Below, piece after piece: positions 24,015 to 37,074 of a stretch of DNA of 64,000 nucleotides. Both the position numbers and the translations under genes were made by a program. The notes beneath the pieces were generated by a model, which worked only from the letters and a program-made list of their open reading frames with translations, was not told where the DNA came from and searched no databases. Origin of the DNA: Scyliorhinus canicula. Its lineage: Eukaryota. The DNA lies in assembly GCF_902713615.1 (NCBI RefSeq), contig NC_052154.1, positions 80,765,072 through 80,829,071 on the forward strand, in the 5' to 3' direction. The number at the start of each line of letters is the position of its first letter. Position 1 is the stretch's first letter.

Positions 24015-24340
24015 ACATAGAACAGTACAGCACAGAACAGGCCCTCCGGCCCTCGATGTTGTGCCGAGCAATGATCACCCTACTTAAACCCACGTAACCC
24101 GTATACCCGTAACCCAACAATCCCCCCATTAACCTTACACTACGGGCAATTTAGCATGGCCAATCCACCTAACCCGCACATCTTTGGACTGTGGGAGGAA
24201 ACCGGAGCACCCGGAGGAAACCCACGCACACAGGGGGAGGACGTGCAGACTCCACACAGACAGTGACCCAGCCGGGAATCAAACCTGGGACCCTGGAGCT
24301 GTGAAGCATTGATGCTAACCACCATGCTACCGTGAGGCCC
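24015..24340 (-). mobile_element. HE1-like SINE
   Basis: Full core plus (aacatag) tail. Confidence 0.8.
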
Positions 24341-24961
24341 CTAAACTTATCTCAATAGTGCATAGTAACTAATCTCTAACAACTGTTATCAAAAGACCCA
24401 GAGAACCCATTTCCTCAATAATTCCCAGCTTACCTTCCGTTTGCACCATTCTGACCCCTCCTACATCGTACAATTTCATATTGTGATGAAGGTTATCTCT
24501 GTGTGTCTTGCAGCTCCGCTCTATTGCTTCATCCTCGTCCCGTCTCCTACAGCCCCAGGTCTCCTCACTGCGGCGACATTGGTCTCAGTCCTGTTAAGGT
24601 GCAACCCTTACGCTGAAGGAATAAAGACAGCTAAAAAGGAAATAAATTAATTATGAAAAAAAAACCAATTTTGCAGTACATTTACGGCAATTTAGTGTCT
24701 CACCTGAAATTCAATCTCCGACAGTTCTGCATTCCCTCAGGATACTACCGGGTTAGCTATCTAGATTATATATTTAAGTGGCTTGTGTTCTACATGAACT
24801 CACAATCGATTGAGATGAAAGAATACTACCAGTGAGAACGAAGGAGACCTAACAGCACTCTGGTTGAAGGTTGCAGTCTCAAATATGCTTCGCCTATTAG
24901 CCTTCTCCGCGTCCATCTACCTCCTGGCACTCCGAGGACATCATAATAACGTTAAGTAAAG

Positions 24962-25126
24962 TTAATCATCATCATGATCGATTGGGAAAAATATGTCGTG
25001 CTCCTCTAGTAGCGTGAGGAAGCTCTTGCTGATCTGAGTGCCCATGTACAGAAGCGGGATGACCACTACAAAGACTTTCATGAGGTCAAAGGAAGACTTG
25101 AAGGGCCTGGATAAAATGGCTCCGGA
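24962..25126 (-). pseudogene. SMDT1: 5'-truncated copy of EMRE (essential MCU regulator), probably a processed retrocopy
   Basis: Translation SGAILSRPFKSSFDLMKVFVVVIPLLYMGTQISKSFLTLLEEHDIFFPIDHDDD* closely matches the vertebrate EMRE C-terminal half (SGAILPKP...VIPFLYVGTLISKNF...LEEHDIFVP...DDDD). No N-terminal targeting sequence is present. Confidence 0.85.
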
Positions 25127-25196
25127 CAACTGTCTTTCCTTCCCAAAACATGTCTGATCCTCTCCTGTCACCCCTGGCACATAGTCCCTAAGCCTT

Positions 25197-25366
25197 GACT
25201 GGGCTAAATCGCTGGCATTTAAAGCAGACCAAGGCAGGCCAGCAGCATGGTTCAATTCCCGTACCAGCCTCCCCGAACAGGCGCCGGAATGTGGTGACTA
25301 GGGGCTTTTCACAGTAAATTCATTGAAGCCTACTCGTGACAATAAGCGATTTTCATTTCATTTTCA
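25197..25366 (+). mobile_element. tRNA-derived SINE with (TTTCA)n tail
   Basis: B box ggttcaattccc and tail ttttcatttcattttca. A near-identical copy lies at 40012-40203. Confidence 0.8.
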
Positions 25367-25379
25367 TTGCAAGTACCTT

Positions 25380-28300
25380 CGCCAAGAGCTTTCGATTGCG
25401 ATATCAGGCAGTATGATCCACACTATTTCGGGTCCTAATCATTCTTTCAAATCAGGGAGATGGAAGCCTGTGACAGTGTGGGGGGGGGGGGGGGGGGAGA
25501 TCCCCCCCCTTCCTTTCCTCATTGTACATCCTCACCAGCAGTGGTACCAGCTCTGCCCCAAACATTTTATAAAACTCTACTGGAACCCATCCGGCCCTGG
25601 AGCCTTCCCTGCCTGCATCGCACCCATTCCATCCATCACCTCGCTCTTCCCAATTGGGGCCCGTAGACCAACAACCTGTCCCTCCCTCATTTTGGGAAAC
25701 CCCAACACATCCAGGAATCTCTCCATCCCTCCTTCACCTGTTGTGGGCTACGACTCATACAGCCTGCGATAAAAGATCTCAGATGCCCAATTCACCCCCT
25801 CTGGATCCATCACCTCCTTGTCCCTCTCATCGCTCACCTTACCAATCTCTCTCGCTGCTGCTTGCTTCCTTAGCTCATGGTCCAGCATCCTACTCACCTT
25901 CTCCCCATACTCATACGCTGCCCCTCTGGTCCACCACAACTGCCTGACCACCTTCCCCATAGGCACTAACACAAACTCCATCTTGAGCCTCTGCCTCTCC
26001 TTCAACATCACCTCTTCCAGAGCCACTGGGTACCACCGATCCACCCTCAGAATCTTGTCTACCGGTCTTTCCCTCCCCTCCTGCTCCTTGTGTGCCCAAA
26101 TCAAATTAAACTCCTGCCCAACTAAAGCCTTGAGTGCCTCCCAAAGCATGGCAGCTTTGGCCTCTCCCATGTCATTTAATTTCACATAGCCGCGAAAGGC
26201 AGCCCTTACCCACTCACACACACCCTCATTCACCAACAACCCTACATTCAGCCTCCACTGCGGCCTTGGGCCTCCACCTGAACTATCCACAACTGCACCC
26301 AATGCGGCATGTGATGAGAAAACATAATCGGCAAGTATTCTGAGTCAGCCACCCCTGCCAGCAGCACCTTGTCCATCATGATAAAAATCAATCCGGGAAT
26401 ACCCCGCTGCATATGGAAGAAGTATAAAATCTCCTTCATCCTCGGCCTGTTAAACCACCACACGTCAGCTCTCCCCATGCGCGCCATGAACCCCTTCAGC
26501 TCTCTCGCTGCTGCCGATACCCTCAATGGCTTCGGACTCGAACGGTCCAGACCCGGGTTCAGACCATACGACAATACCCCAAATAATCAGCCAGGAATCT
26601 GTCCCAACATCCGCCTCAAAATATCCACATCACTCCAGTTCAGGGCATAAACGTTTTCCAGGACTACTGTTATCCCCTCGAGCTTCCCACTGACCATCAC
26701 GTACCTACACCCAGGTTTGGTCACAGCGCTCCCCACCTCGAACATCACACTCTTATTAACCAACACCGCCATCCTGCTCATCTTCATATCCAGCCCCGAG
26801 TGGAACACGTGCTTGCCCGACTCAAACTTCCTCAGGCTCGTAACATCCCCCAAATTCTGCTGCGATCTTGTAAAAACACCACATCCACCTTCAGGCTCCT
26901 CAAATGTGACCGTTTAACCAGCCCATTCAACCCTCACACGTTCTACGTGACCAGACGGCTCAGGGAACTCCTGCACACCTAACCTGCCAATCAGCCATAC
27001 CTCTTTTTGAGCCCCCCCCCTCCCGTCACGCGCCTCTCCAGGCCTGCCCTCAGATGTCCGCCTCCATCTCTCCCTTCCCAACTGCACCACACCAACCACT
27101 CCCATGTCAGCAAACCTCCCCCCTCACCTCCCCCCTCCACCCCCAAATAAAGAACCAACCCCTCCCCACGCCTTCATCCTGGAAACCCCCCACATCACTC
27201 TCATTTACTAGCCCGCCCAGCTAGCATGGTGGTCCCCACCCAAGGCCTCGAACTTCCACTCACCCCTCCAGCCCACCCCTCCCCCACCCAACCACCAAAC
27301 AAATAAAGAAAACAAATGGCACACTCACCATCGCTGCTCCCTGTCGAAACCCACCACAGACTACCCACCCCATACACTTTACAATTAACACAAAATTCCT
27401 CTCCAAAGTTCAATGTCCTCATGCTCCTCCCAGTCCACAGTTCCTCATAAAGTTCATCACCTCCTCTGGCGAGTCAAAATCATACTCCTGTTTCTGATGT
27501 GTCACCCAGGAGTGGGCAGGGTATAAAAAAACAAACACCATCATTGTCATAAAGACGGCAGCCTATATCTGGCTGAACCCGGCCCTCTTATTTTCCAGCT
27601 CTGCACCCAATTCCTGGTTGACCCGCAGCTCACTTCCTTCCGAGGTGCATTTCCAGGCCTGTCTCGCCCATTTCAAGATCTTTTCTTTGTCAAAGAATTG
27701 ATGCAACCACACCACCTTCGCCCTCAGCGGCTCCCCAACTGCAGCCTCCTGCTGTGCATTGGATCCAATTCAGGGGGTCGGTCGAAGGCCCCACTCCCCA
27801 CAACATCTCCAGCATACTCGCCACATACCTGGTGGCCTCCACTCTCTCAATGTCCTCAGGCATCCTGACAATCCTCATGTTCCCAGATCCTCCAATTTCT
27901 CTCTCAGTCTTTTCTGGCTGTCCAAAACCAACTCCAACACTGTTTCCAATGAGACCACCTGCTGCTCATGCTCCCCCACTCTCTCCTCCACCTTCTGAAT
28001 CGCCAGGCCCTGAGCCTCTCGTCTCTGCTCCACTCTCTCAGTCACAGCTCTGAGCAGCTGCATCATCTTAGCTCTGTTCCAAAGCCTCTCTCCTCTGTTG
28101 CTGGAATTTGCCATTGAAAAACTCCACTAGCTGTTCTGTCGCCTCTGGGTGGACAATGCTGCCCCCTTGCCCTCCGCCATCTTGACATGTGGCGCACCAC
28201 AAAACCTTTCCTGTTCCAGCTGCACTCTATTTCTCGTAGCACTTCACATCCTCTGATCCATGCATCAGACTCACCAGAGTAGTATTACCTTCCCTGGACA

Positions 28301-28420
28301 TTCGCACACCTTTTGACCTCAGAAAGCCCACTATACGGGTGTGGAAGGACGAACAAAATCCACCTTCACTGGGAGCCACCAAATGTTCTACCACTCACTC
28401 CATGGTCGCCACCGGAAGTC
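25380..28420 (-). mobile_element. Degenerate L1 (5' end, ORF1 and EN remnants)
   Basis: 5' terminus GACTTCCGGT at 28420-28411. ORF1 remnants (RIVRMPEDIE) and EN remnants (VLENVYALNW). Confidence 0.85.
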
Positions 28421-28429
28421 CCGAGGGTG

Positions 28430-31000
28430 CAGAATTCTTAAACCGCATCCTGAAGATCCACCTTAATTTAAGACAGTAAGGTGCAAACGCCAAATAGAAA
28501 ATGGTAGATTTGGAATTAATTTTATGAAATAAATCGGGCAGGTGAAATGAATGTCAGTGGGTGAAAGGTTTGGCAGTGGTAACCACAATTAGATTTGGGT
28601 CGTTATGGAAAAGGTGCAAGATCGACCAAGAGTGAAAGCTTCACATCTGGGAAAGGCCCATTTGAAAAAGGTGGACTGGAAACAGCTTACTGAATGTAAA
28701 TAGGTGTTTGAGCTGTAGGATGCATTCACGGAGGAGTTACAAATGATTCAAAACAACTACATTCCCATTAAAAAAATGACTCCCAGATGTAGGTCTCCCA
28801 CATCATCCCGTTCTCCCGATGTCAAAGAGCACACAGTGCAGGATAAGGCGAAATAAGTGATGTCACTTATGGAAAGGTCTGTACTGCAGAAAGCCGGGAA
28901 GAGTGTGGATAATGCCTGAGTGAAAGATAAAAGGAAATTAAATAAGTAATAAGAGGGCATGCAAAATATTGACGCGTATTATTTAGGAAACCCGAAAAAG
29001 GCGTTATGAACACACAGATAACTTCGGAATGAGACAGACAAGAGAACAAAAACAGTGTTGTGGCCGAAGACCAGAACATGAGTCTCAATTAATATTTTTC
29101 AGTTGTCTTTACAAAAGGTAGGGTTTATATCGACGTGTAGTTAAGGAGGAAGAGTGCGAAATATTGGATGCTATAAGCAGTGTTATCTTTGAAAGTGGAT
29201 AGATAGCTAAGCCCGGAAGAAATGTATGCCGGACTGCTCAGAGAATCAAGGTTGGAAATAATGCGAACTCCGGGTATCACCTTCAACTCTATTTGGTTAC
29301 AGCCCTGGTGCCAGCGGACTACTAAAATTGTCTCATTGTTTAAAAAGGGGGAAGGATAGAGCTAGTAATTACAGACAAGACAGACTAACCGTGGCTGGAG
29401 TGGGGGGGGGGGGGGGGTAATTTACTGAAAAAAATCTGACAATTGTATAAATCTTCAATAAAAAATGCCCTTAATAATCAATGAGAACCCCGTGACATAC
29501 AAAAGGAAGGATGTGCCTGACTAAACTGATTGGTTCTCCTTGCTACCTCCTCAAATAAATCAATGAGGGTGACACGTTTAATCTAGTCGACATGGATTTT
29601 AGCAAGGCCTTTGGCAGACTGGTCAGTAAAATAAGAGCCCCTGAGGATCCAAGGGCAAGTAGCAAGTTGGGGCCAAAATTAGATTAGTAGGAAAGAGTAA
29701 TTGGTAACAAGTGACTTTTGTGTGTTTTGCAGACGGATTCCACAGGGTCCCTTGCTTTTTGTGGTAAATGTCAATAATCAAGTGTTTTTCAGGCATGATA
29801 ATAGGTTTTCCGATTACATAAATAGTTTCTCGTGTTGGTCGCAAGAAAGGGCACTGTAGGCGTCAGGAATATATCAGTGGATTGGTTAGGTGGGAGAAAG
29901 GTCGTATGAGGAACGTTTGAGGACTCTGGGTCTGTACTCGTTGAGTGGACATGGAGAGGATGTTTCCATTTGTAGGAAAAACAAGAAGCAGAGGACACAA
30001 TCTCAGGCTAAAGGGACGATCCTTTAAAACAGAGATGAGGGGGAATTTCTTCAGCAGAGGGTGGTGAATCTGTGGAACTATTTGCCGCAGAAGGCTGTGG
30101 AGGCCAATTTACTGAATATCATTAAGACAGAGATAGATAGGTTCTTGATTACTAAGGGGATCAGGGGTTATGGGGAGAAGGCAGGAGAATGGAGATGGGA
30201 AAATATCAGCCATGATTGAATGGCGGAGCAGACTCAATGGGCCAAGTGGCCTAATTCTGCTCCTATGTCTTATATTCTAAAGGTGACAGATGGCATTCAG
30301 TCTGGAGATATATGCGTTAATGTATTTGGGGAGGGGGAGACAAGGCAAGGGAATACAGAATAAATGATAGGACATTGAGAGGTGTAAACGAATAATCGAA
30401 TGCGTGTCCACGGATTGGTAAAAGTAGCAGGTTGGGTAGATAAAGTAGTTAAGATGTATATGGGATACTTTGCTTTGTTAGGCCAGGAAGCAAGTACAAG
30501 GATAAGGAGGTAATGTTAGAACTGTACTAAACACTAGTTAGGCCTAAGTCAGAGTTCTGGTTAATACATACACCAAGGATGCGATCTAGTAAAGAAGATG
30601 CAGTGGCGATTTACTTAAGTGTTATCAGGAATTGAGAATTTCAACTGTGATGAAAACCAGGCTGGTGTTGGTTTCTTAGTAACGGATGAGACTGAGTTAC
30701 ATTTCGATTGATATGTGGAAAATTATGAGGGCTTTTTTCGAATGTATATGAAGGAGCTATTTCCCCGAGCAGATAAGTCAATCAGCACGGTGCATAGATT
30801 CAAAGTATTGGCACTGCTCGAAAAGGCAATACATACAACAAAAAACAATCTCAGTTCAAAAAGCACTTGGATATACATTTAAAACATTGTAACCCGCGGG
30901 GTTACGGACCAAGAGCTCCAACGTGAGCTTCGGCGTGATGGCTCATTTTCGGACGGCACATATAAATGAATAGCCTTAGTGTGTCTTCGATGTTTCATGT
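28430..31000 (+). mobile_element. Old degenerate CR1 fragments (duplicated at about 34336-36910)
   Basis: RT remnants (gacatggattttagcaaggcc), ORF2 C-terminus and 3' UTR at about 29950-30275. Confidence 0.7.
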
Positions 31001-31165
31001 TTATTTGCCATGAACTTACGGTATCTTTACCTGGAACCATGATGCACCATCTCTTTCTCTTGTTCTCAACCTCTCTGTAACCTTTACTAAGGCCAACCGA
31101 ATCAGTTTTCTCCTACACTTCCCCCCTCATTATCCAGCATGCTTTGACTGCAGTTACCTGGCAGG

Positions 31166-31961
31166 TGCCAGGGTCCGAGATGTCTCGGATCGTGGCTTTG
31201 GGATCCTTAACGGGGAGAGGGAGCAGCCCCAAGTCGTGGTCCACATAGGTACCAACGACATAGGAAGGAAAAGGGATAGGGATGTAAGGCAGGAATTCAG
31301 GGAGCTAGGGTGGAAACTTAGATCTAGGACAAACAGAGTTATTATCTCTGGGTTGTTACCCGTGCCACGTGCTGACGAGACGAGGAATAGGGAGAGAGAG
31401 CACATGAACACATGGCTACAGGGATGGTACAGGAAGAAGGGTTTCAGATTCCTGGATAATTGGGGCTCATTCTGGGGTAGGTGGGAACTCTACAAACGGG
31501 ATGGTCCACACCTGGACCAGAGGGGTACTAATGTCCTGGGGGGGGGGGGGGGGGGAGGTTTGCTAATGCTCTTCGGGAGGGTTTAAACTAGTTAAGCAGG
31601 GGATTGGGAACCTGAATTGTAGCTCCAGCATACAGGAGGTTGAGAGTAGTGAGGTCATGAGTAAGGTTTCAAAGTTGCAGGAGTGTACAGACAGGAAGGA
31701 AGATGGTTTAAAGTGCGTCTACTTCAATGCCAGGAGCATCCGGAATAAGGTGGGCGAACGTGCGGCATGGCTTGGTACCTGGGACTTCGATGTTATGGCC
31801 ATTTTGGAGACATGGATAGAGCAGGGACAGGAATGGTTGTTGCAGGTGCCGGGGTTTAGATATTTCAGGAAGCTCAGGGAAGGTGGTAAGAGAGGGGGAG
31901 TAGTGGCATTGTTAGCCAAGGACAGTATTACGGTGGCAGAAAGGACGTTTGATGAGGACTC
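31166..31961 (+). mobile_element. Duplicated 5' piece of the CR1 at 37075 (ORF1 esterase end plus EN start), cut at the duplication junction
   Basis: ORFs 31236-31586 and 31657-32031 match 37145 and 37569 up to the breakpoint. Confidence 0.9.
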
Positions 31962-34900
31962 TTTGATGAGGTCTTTCCCTCCCCTCCTGCTCCTTGTGTG
32001 CCCAAATCAAATTAAACTCCTGCCCAACTAAAGCCTTGAGTGCCTCCCAAAGCATGGCAGCTTTGGCCTCTCCCATGTCATTTAATTTCACATAGCCGCG
32101 AAAGGCAGCCCTTACCCACTCACACACACCCTCATTCACCAACAACCCTACATTCAGCCTCCACTGCGGCCTTGGGCCTCCACCTGAACTATCCACAACT
32201 GCACCCAATGCGGCATGTGATGAGAAAACATAATCGGCAAGTATTCTGAGTCAGCCACCCCTGCCAGCAGCACCTTGTCCATCATGATAAAAATCAATCC
32301 GGGAATACCCCGCTGCATATGGAAGAAGTATAAAATCTCCTTCATCCTCGGCCTGTTAAACCACCACACGTCAGCTCTCCCCATGCGCGCCATGAACCCC
32401 TTCAGCTCTCTCGCTGCTGCCGATACCCTCAATGGCTTCGGACTCGAACGGTCCAGACCCGGGTTCAGACCATACGACAATACCCCAAATAATCAGCCAG
32501 GAATCTGTCCCAACATCCGCCTCAAAATATCCACATCACTCCAGTTCAGGGCATAAACGTTTTCCAGGACTACTGTTATCCCCTCGAGCTTCCCACTGAC
32601 CATCACGTACCTACACCCAGGTTTGGTCACAGCGCTCCCCACCTCGAACATCACACTCTTATTAACCAACACCGCCATCCTGCTCATCTTCATATCCAGC
32701 CCCGAGTGGAACACGTGCTTGCCCGACTCAAACTTCCTCAGGCTCGTAACATCCCCCAAATTCTGCTGCGATCTTGTAAAAACACCACATCCACCTTCAG
32801 GCTCCTCAAATGTGACCGTTTAACCAGCCCATTCAACCCTCACACGTTCTACGTGACCAGACGGCTCAGGGAACTCCTGCACACCTAACCTGCCAATCAG
32901 CCATACCTCTTTTTGAGCCCCCCCCCTCCCGTCACGCGCCTCTCCAGGCCTGCCCTCAGATGTCCGCCTCCATCTCTCCCTTCCCAACTGCACCACACCA
33001 ACCACTCCCATGTCAGCAAACCTCCCCCCTCACCTCCCCCCTCCACCCCCAAATAAAGAACCAACCCCTCCCCACGCCTTCATCCTGGAAACCCCCCACA
33101 TCACTCTCATTTACTAGCCCGCCCAGCTAGCATGGTGGTCCCCACCCAAGGCCTCGAACTTCCACTCACCCCTCCAGCCCACCCCTCCCCCACCCAACCA
33201 CCAAACAAATAAAGAAAACAAATGGCACACTCACCATCGCTGCTCCCTGTCGAAACCCACCACAGACTACCCACCCCATACACTTTACAATTAACACAAA
33301 ATTCCTCTCCAAAGTTCAATGTCCTCATGCTCCTCCCAGTCCACAGTTCCTCATAAAGTTCATCACCTCCTCTGGCGAGTCAAAATCATACTCCTGTTTC
33401 TGATGTGTCACCCAGGAGTGGGCAGGGTATAAAAAAACAAACACCATCATTGTCATAAAGACGGCAGCCTATATCTGGCTGAACCCGGCCCTCTTATTTT
33501 CCAGCTCTGCACCCAATTCCTGGTTGACCCGCAGCTCACTTCCTTCCGAGGTGCATTTCCAGGCCTGTCTCGCCCATTTCAAGATCTTTTCTTTGTCAAA
33601 GAATTGATGCAACCACACCACCTTCGCCCTCAGCGGCTCCCCAACTGCAGCCTCCTGCTGTGCATTGGATCCAATTCAGGGGGTCGGTCGAAGGCCCCAC
33701 TCCCCACAACATCTCCAGCATACTCGCCACATACCTGGTGGCCTCCACTCTCTCAATGTCCTCAGGCATCCTGACAATCCTCATGTTCCCAGATCCTCCA
33801 ATTTCTCTCTCAGTCTTTTCTGGCTGTCCAAAACCAACTCCAACACTGTTTCCAATGAGACCACCTGCTGCTCATGCTCCCCCACTCTCTCCTCCACCTT
33901 CTGAATCGCCAGGCCCTGAGCCTCTCGTCTCTGCTCCACTCTCTCAGTCACAGCTCTGAGCAGCTGCATCATCTTAGCTCTGTTCCAAAGCCTCTCTCCT
34001 CTGTTGCTGGAATTTGCCATTGAAAAACTCCACTAGCTGTTCTGTCGCCTCTGGGTGGACAATGCTGCCCCCTTGCCCTCCGCCATCTTGACATGTGGCG
34101 CACCACAAAACCTTTCCTGTTCCAGCTGCACTCTATTTCTCGTAGCACTTCACATCCTCTGATCCATGCATCAGACTCACCAGAGTAGTATTACCTTCCC
34201 TGGACATTCGCACACCTTTTGACCTCAGAAAGCCCACTATACGGGTGTGGAAGGACGAACAAAATCCACCTTCACTGGGAGCCACCAAATGTTCTACCAC
34301 TCACTCCATGGTCGCCACCGGAAGTCCCGAGGGTGCAGAATTCTTAAACCGCATCCTGAAGATCCACCTTAATTTAAGACAGTAAGGTGCAAACGCCAAA
34401 TAGAAAATGGTAGATTTGGAATTAATTTTATGAAATAAATCGGGCAGGTGAAATGAATGTCAGTGGGTGAAAGGTTTGGCAGTGGTAACCACAATTAGAT
34501 TTGGGTCGTTATGGAAAAGGTGCAAGATCGACCAAGAGTGAAAGCTTCACATCTGGGAAAGGCCCATTTGAAAAAGGTGGACTGGAAACAGCTTACTGAA
34601 TGTAAATAGGTGTTTGAGCTGTAGGATGCATTCACGGAGGAGTTACAAATGATTCAAAACAACTACATTCCCATTAAAAAAATGACTCCCAGATGTAGGT
34701 CTCCCACATCATCCCGTTCTCCCGATGTCAAAGAGCACACAGTGCAGGATAAGGCGAAATAAGTGATGTCACTTATGGAAAGGTCTGTACTGCAGAAAGC
34801 CGGGAAGAGTGTGGATAATGCCTGAGTGAAAGATAAAAGGAAATTAAATAAGTAATAAGAGGGCATGCAAAATATTGACGCGTATTATTTAGGAAACCCG

Positions 34901-37074
34901 AAAAAGGCGTTATGAACACACAGATAACTTCGGAATGAGACAGACAAGAGAACAAAAACAGTGTTGTGGCCGAAGACCAGAACATGAGTCTCAATTAATA
35001 TTTTTCAGTTGTCTTTACAAAAGGTAGGGTTTATATCGACGTGTAGTTAAGGAGGAAGAGTGCGAAATATTGGATGCTATAAGCAGTGTTATCTTTGAAA
35101 GTGGATAGATAGCTAAGCCCGGAAGAAATGTATGCCGGACTGCTCAGAGAATCAAGGTTGGAAATAATGCGAACTCCGGGTATCACCTTCAACTCTATTT
35201 GGTTACAGCCCTGGTGCCAGCGGACTACTAAAATTGTCTCATTGTTTAAAAAGGGGGAAGGATAGAGCTAGTAATTACAGACAAGACAGACTAACCGTGG
35301 CTGGAGTGGGGGGGGGGGGGGGGGGGTAATTTACTGAAAAAAATCTGACAATTGTATAAATCTTCAATAAAAAATGCCCTTAATAATCAATGAGAACCCC
35401 GTGACATACAAAAGGAAGGATGTGCCTGACTAAACTGATTGGTTCTCCTTGCTACCTCCTCAAATAAATCAATGAGGGTGACACGTTTAATCTAGTCGAC
35501 ATGGATTTTAGCAAGGCCTTTGGCAGACTGGTCAGTAAAATAAGAGCCCCTGAGGATCCAAGGGCAAGTAGCAAGTTGGGGCCAAAATTAGATTAGTAGG
35601 AAAGAGTAATTGGTAACAAGTGACTTTTGTGTGTTTTGCAGACGGATTCCACAGGGTCCCTTGCTTTTTGTGGTAAATGTCAATAATCAAGTGTTTTTCA
35701 GGCATGATAATAGGTTTTCCGATTACATAAATAGTTTCTCGTGTTGGTCGCAAGAAAGGGCACTGTAGGCGTCAGGAATATATCAGTGGATTGGTTAGGT
35801 GGGAGAAAGGTCGTATGAGGAACGTTTGAGGACTCTGGGTCTGTACTCGTTGAGTGGACATGGAGAGGATGTTTCCATTTGTAGGAAAAACAAGAAGCAG
35901 AGGACACAATCTCAGGCTAAAGGGACGATCCTTTAAAACAGAGATGAGGGGGAATTTCTTCAGCAGAGGGTGGTGAATCTGTGGAACTATTTGCCGCAGA
36001 AGGCTGTGGAGGCCAATTTACTGAATATCATTAAGACAGAGATAGATAGGTTCTTGATTACTAAGGGGATCAGGGGTTATGGGGAGAAGGCAGGAGAATG
36101 GAGATGGGAAAATATCAGCCATGATTGAATGGCGGAGCAGACTCAATGGGCCAAGTGGCCTAATTCTGCTCCTATGTCTTATATTCTAAAGGTGACAGAT
36201 GGCATTCAGTCTGGAGATATATGCGTTAATGTATTTGGGGAGGGGGAGACAAGGCAAGGGAATACAGAATAAATGATAGGACATTGAGAGGTGTAAACGA
36301 ATAATCGAATGCGTGTCCACGGATTGGTAAAAGTAGCAGGTTGGGTAGATAAAGTAGTTAAGATGTATATGGGATACTTTGCTTTGTTAGGCCAGGAAGC
36401 AAGTACAAGGATAAGGAGGTAATGTTAGAACTGTACTAAACACTAGTTAGGCCTAAGTCAGAGTTCTGGTTAATACATACACCAAGGATGCGATCTAGTA
36501 AAGAAGATGCAGTGGCGATTTACTTAAGTGTTATCAGGAATTGAGAATTTCAACTGTGATGAAAACCAGGCTGGTGTTGGTTTCTTAGTAACGGATGAGA
36601 CTGAGTTACATTTCGATTGATATGTGGAAAATTATGAGGGCTTTTTTCGAATGTATATGAAGGAGCTATTTCCCCGAGCAGATAAGTCAATCAGCACGGT
36701 GCATAGATTCAAAGTATTGGCACTGCTCGAAAAGGCAATACATACAACAAAAAACAATCTCAGTTCAAAAAGCACTTGGATATACATTTAAAACATTGTA
36801 ACCCGCGGGGTTACGGACCAAGAGCTCCAACGTGAGCTTCGGCGTGATGGCTCATTTTCGGACGGCACATATAAATGAATAGCCTTAGTGTGTCTTCGAT
36901 GTTTCATGTTTATTTGCCATGAACTTACGGTATCTTTACCTGGAACCATGATGCACCATCTCTTTCTCTTGTTCTCAACCTCTCTGTAACCTTTACTAAG
37001 GCCAACCGAATCAGTTTTCTCCTACACTTCCCCCCTCATTATCCAGCATGCTTTGACTGCAGTTACCTGGCAGG

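Noticed and set aside
25197-25366. tRNA genes suggested by A/B boxes (also 40012-40203 and the HE1 heads)
   Set aside because: These are SINE heads with retroposon tails, and no complete cloverleaf is evident.
31657-32031. Chimeric ORF as a new gene
   Set aside because: It is the CR1 endonuclease start reading through the duplication junction into antisense L1 sequence.
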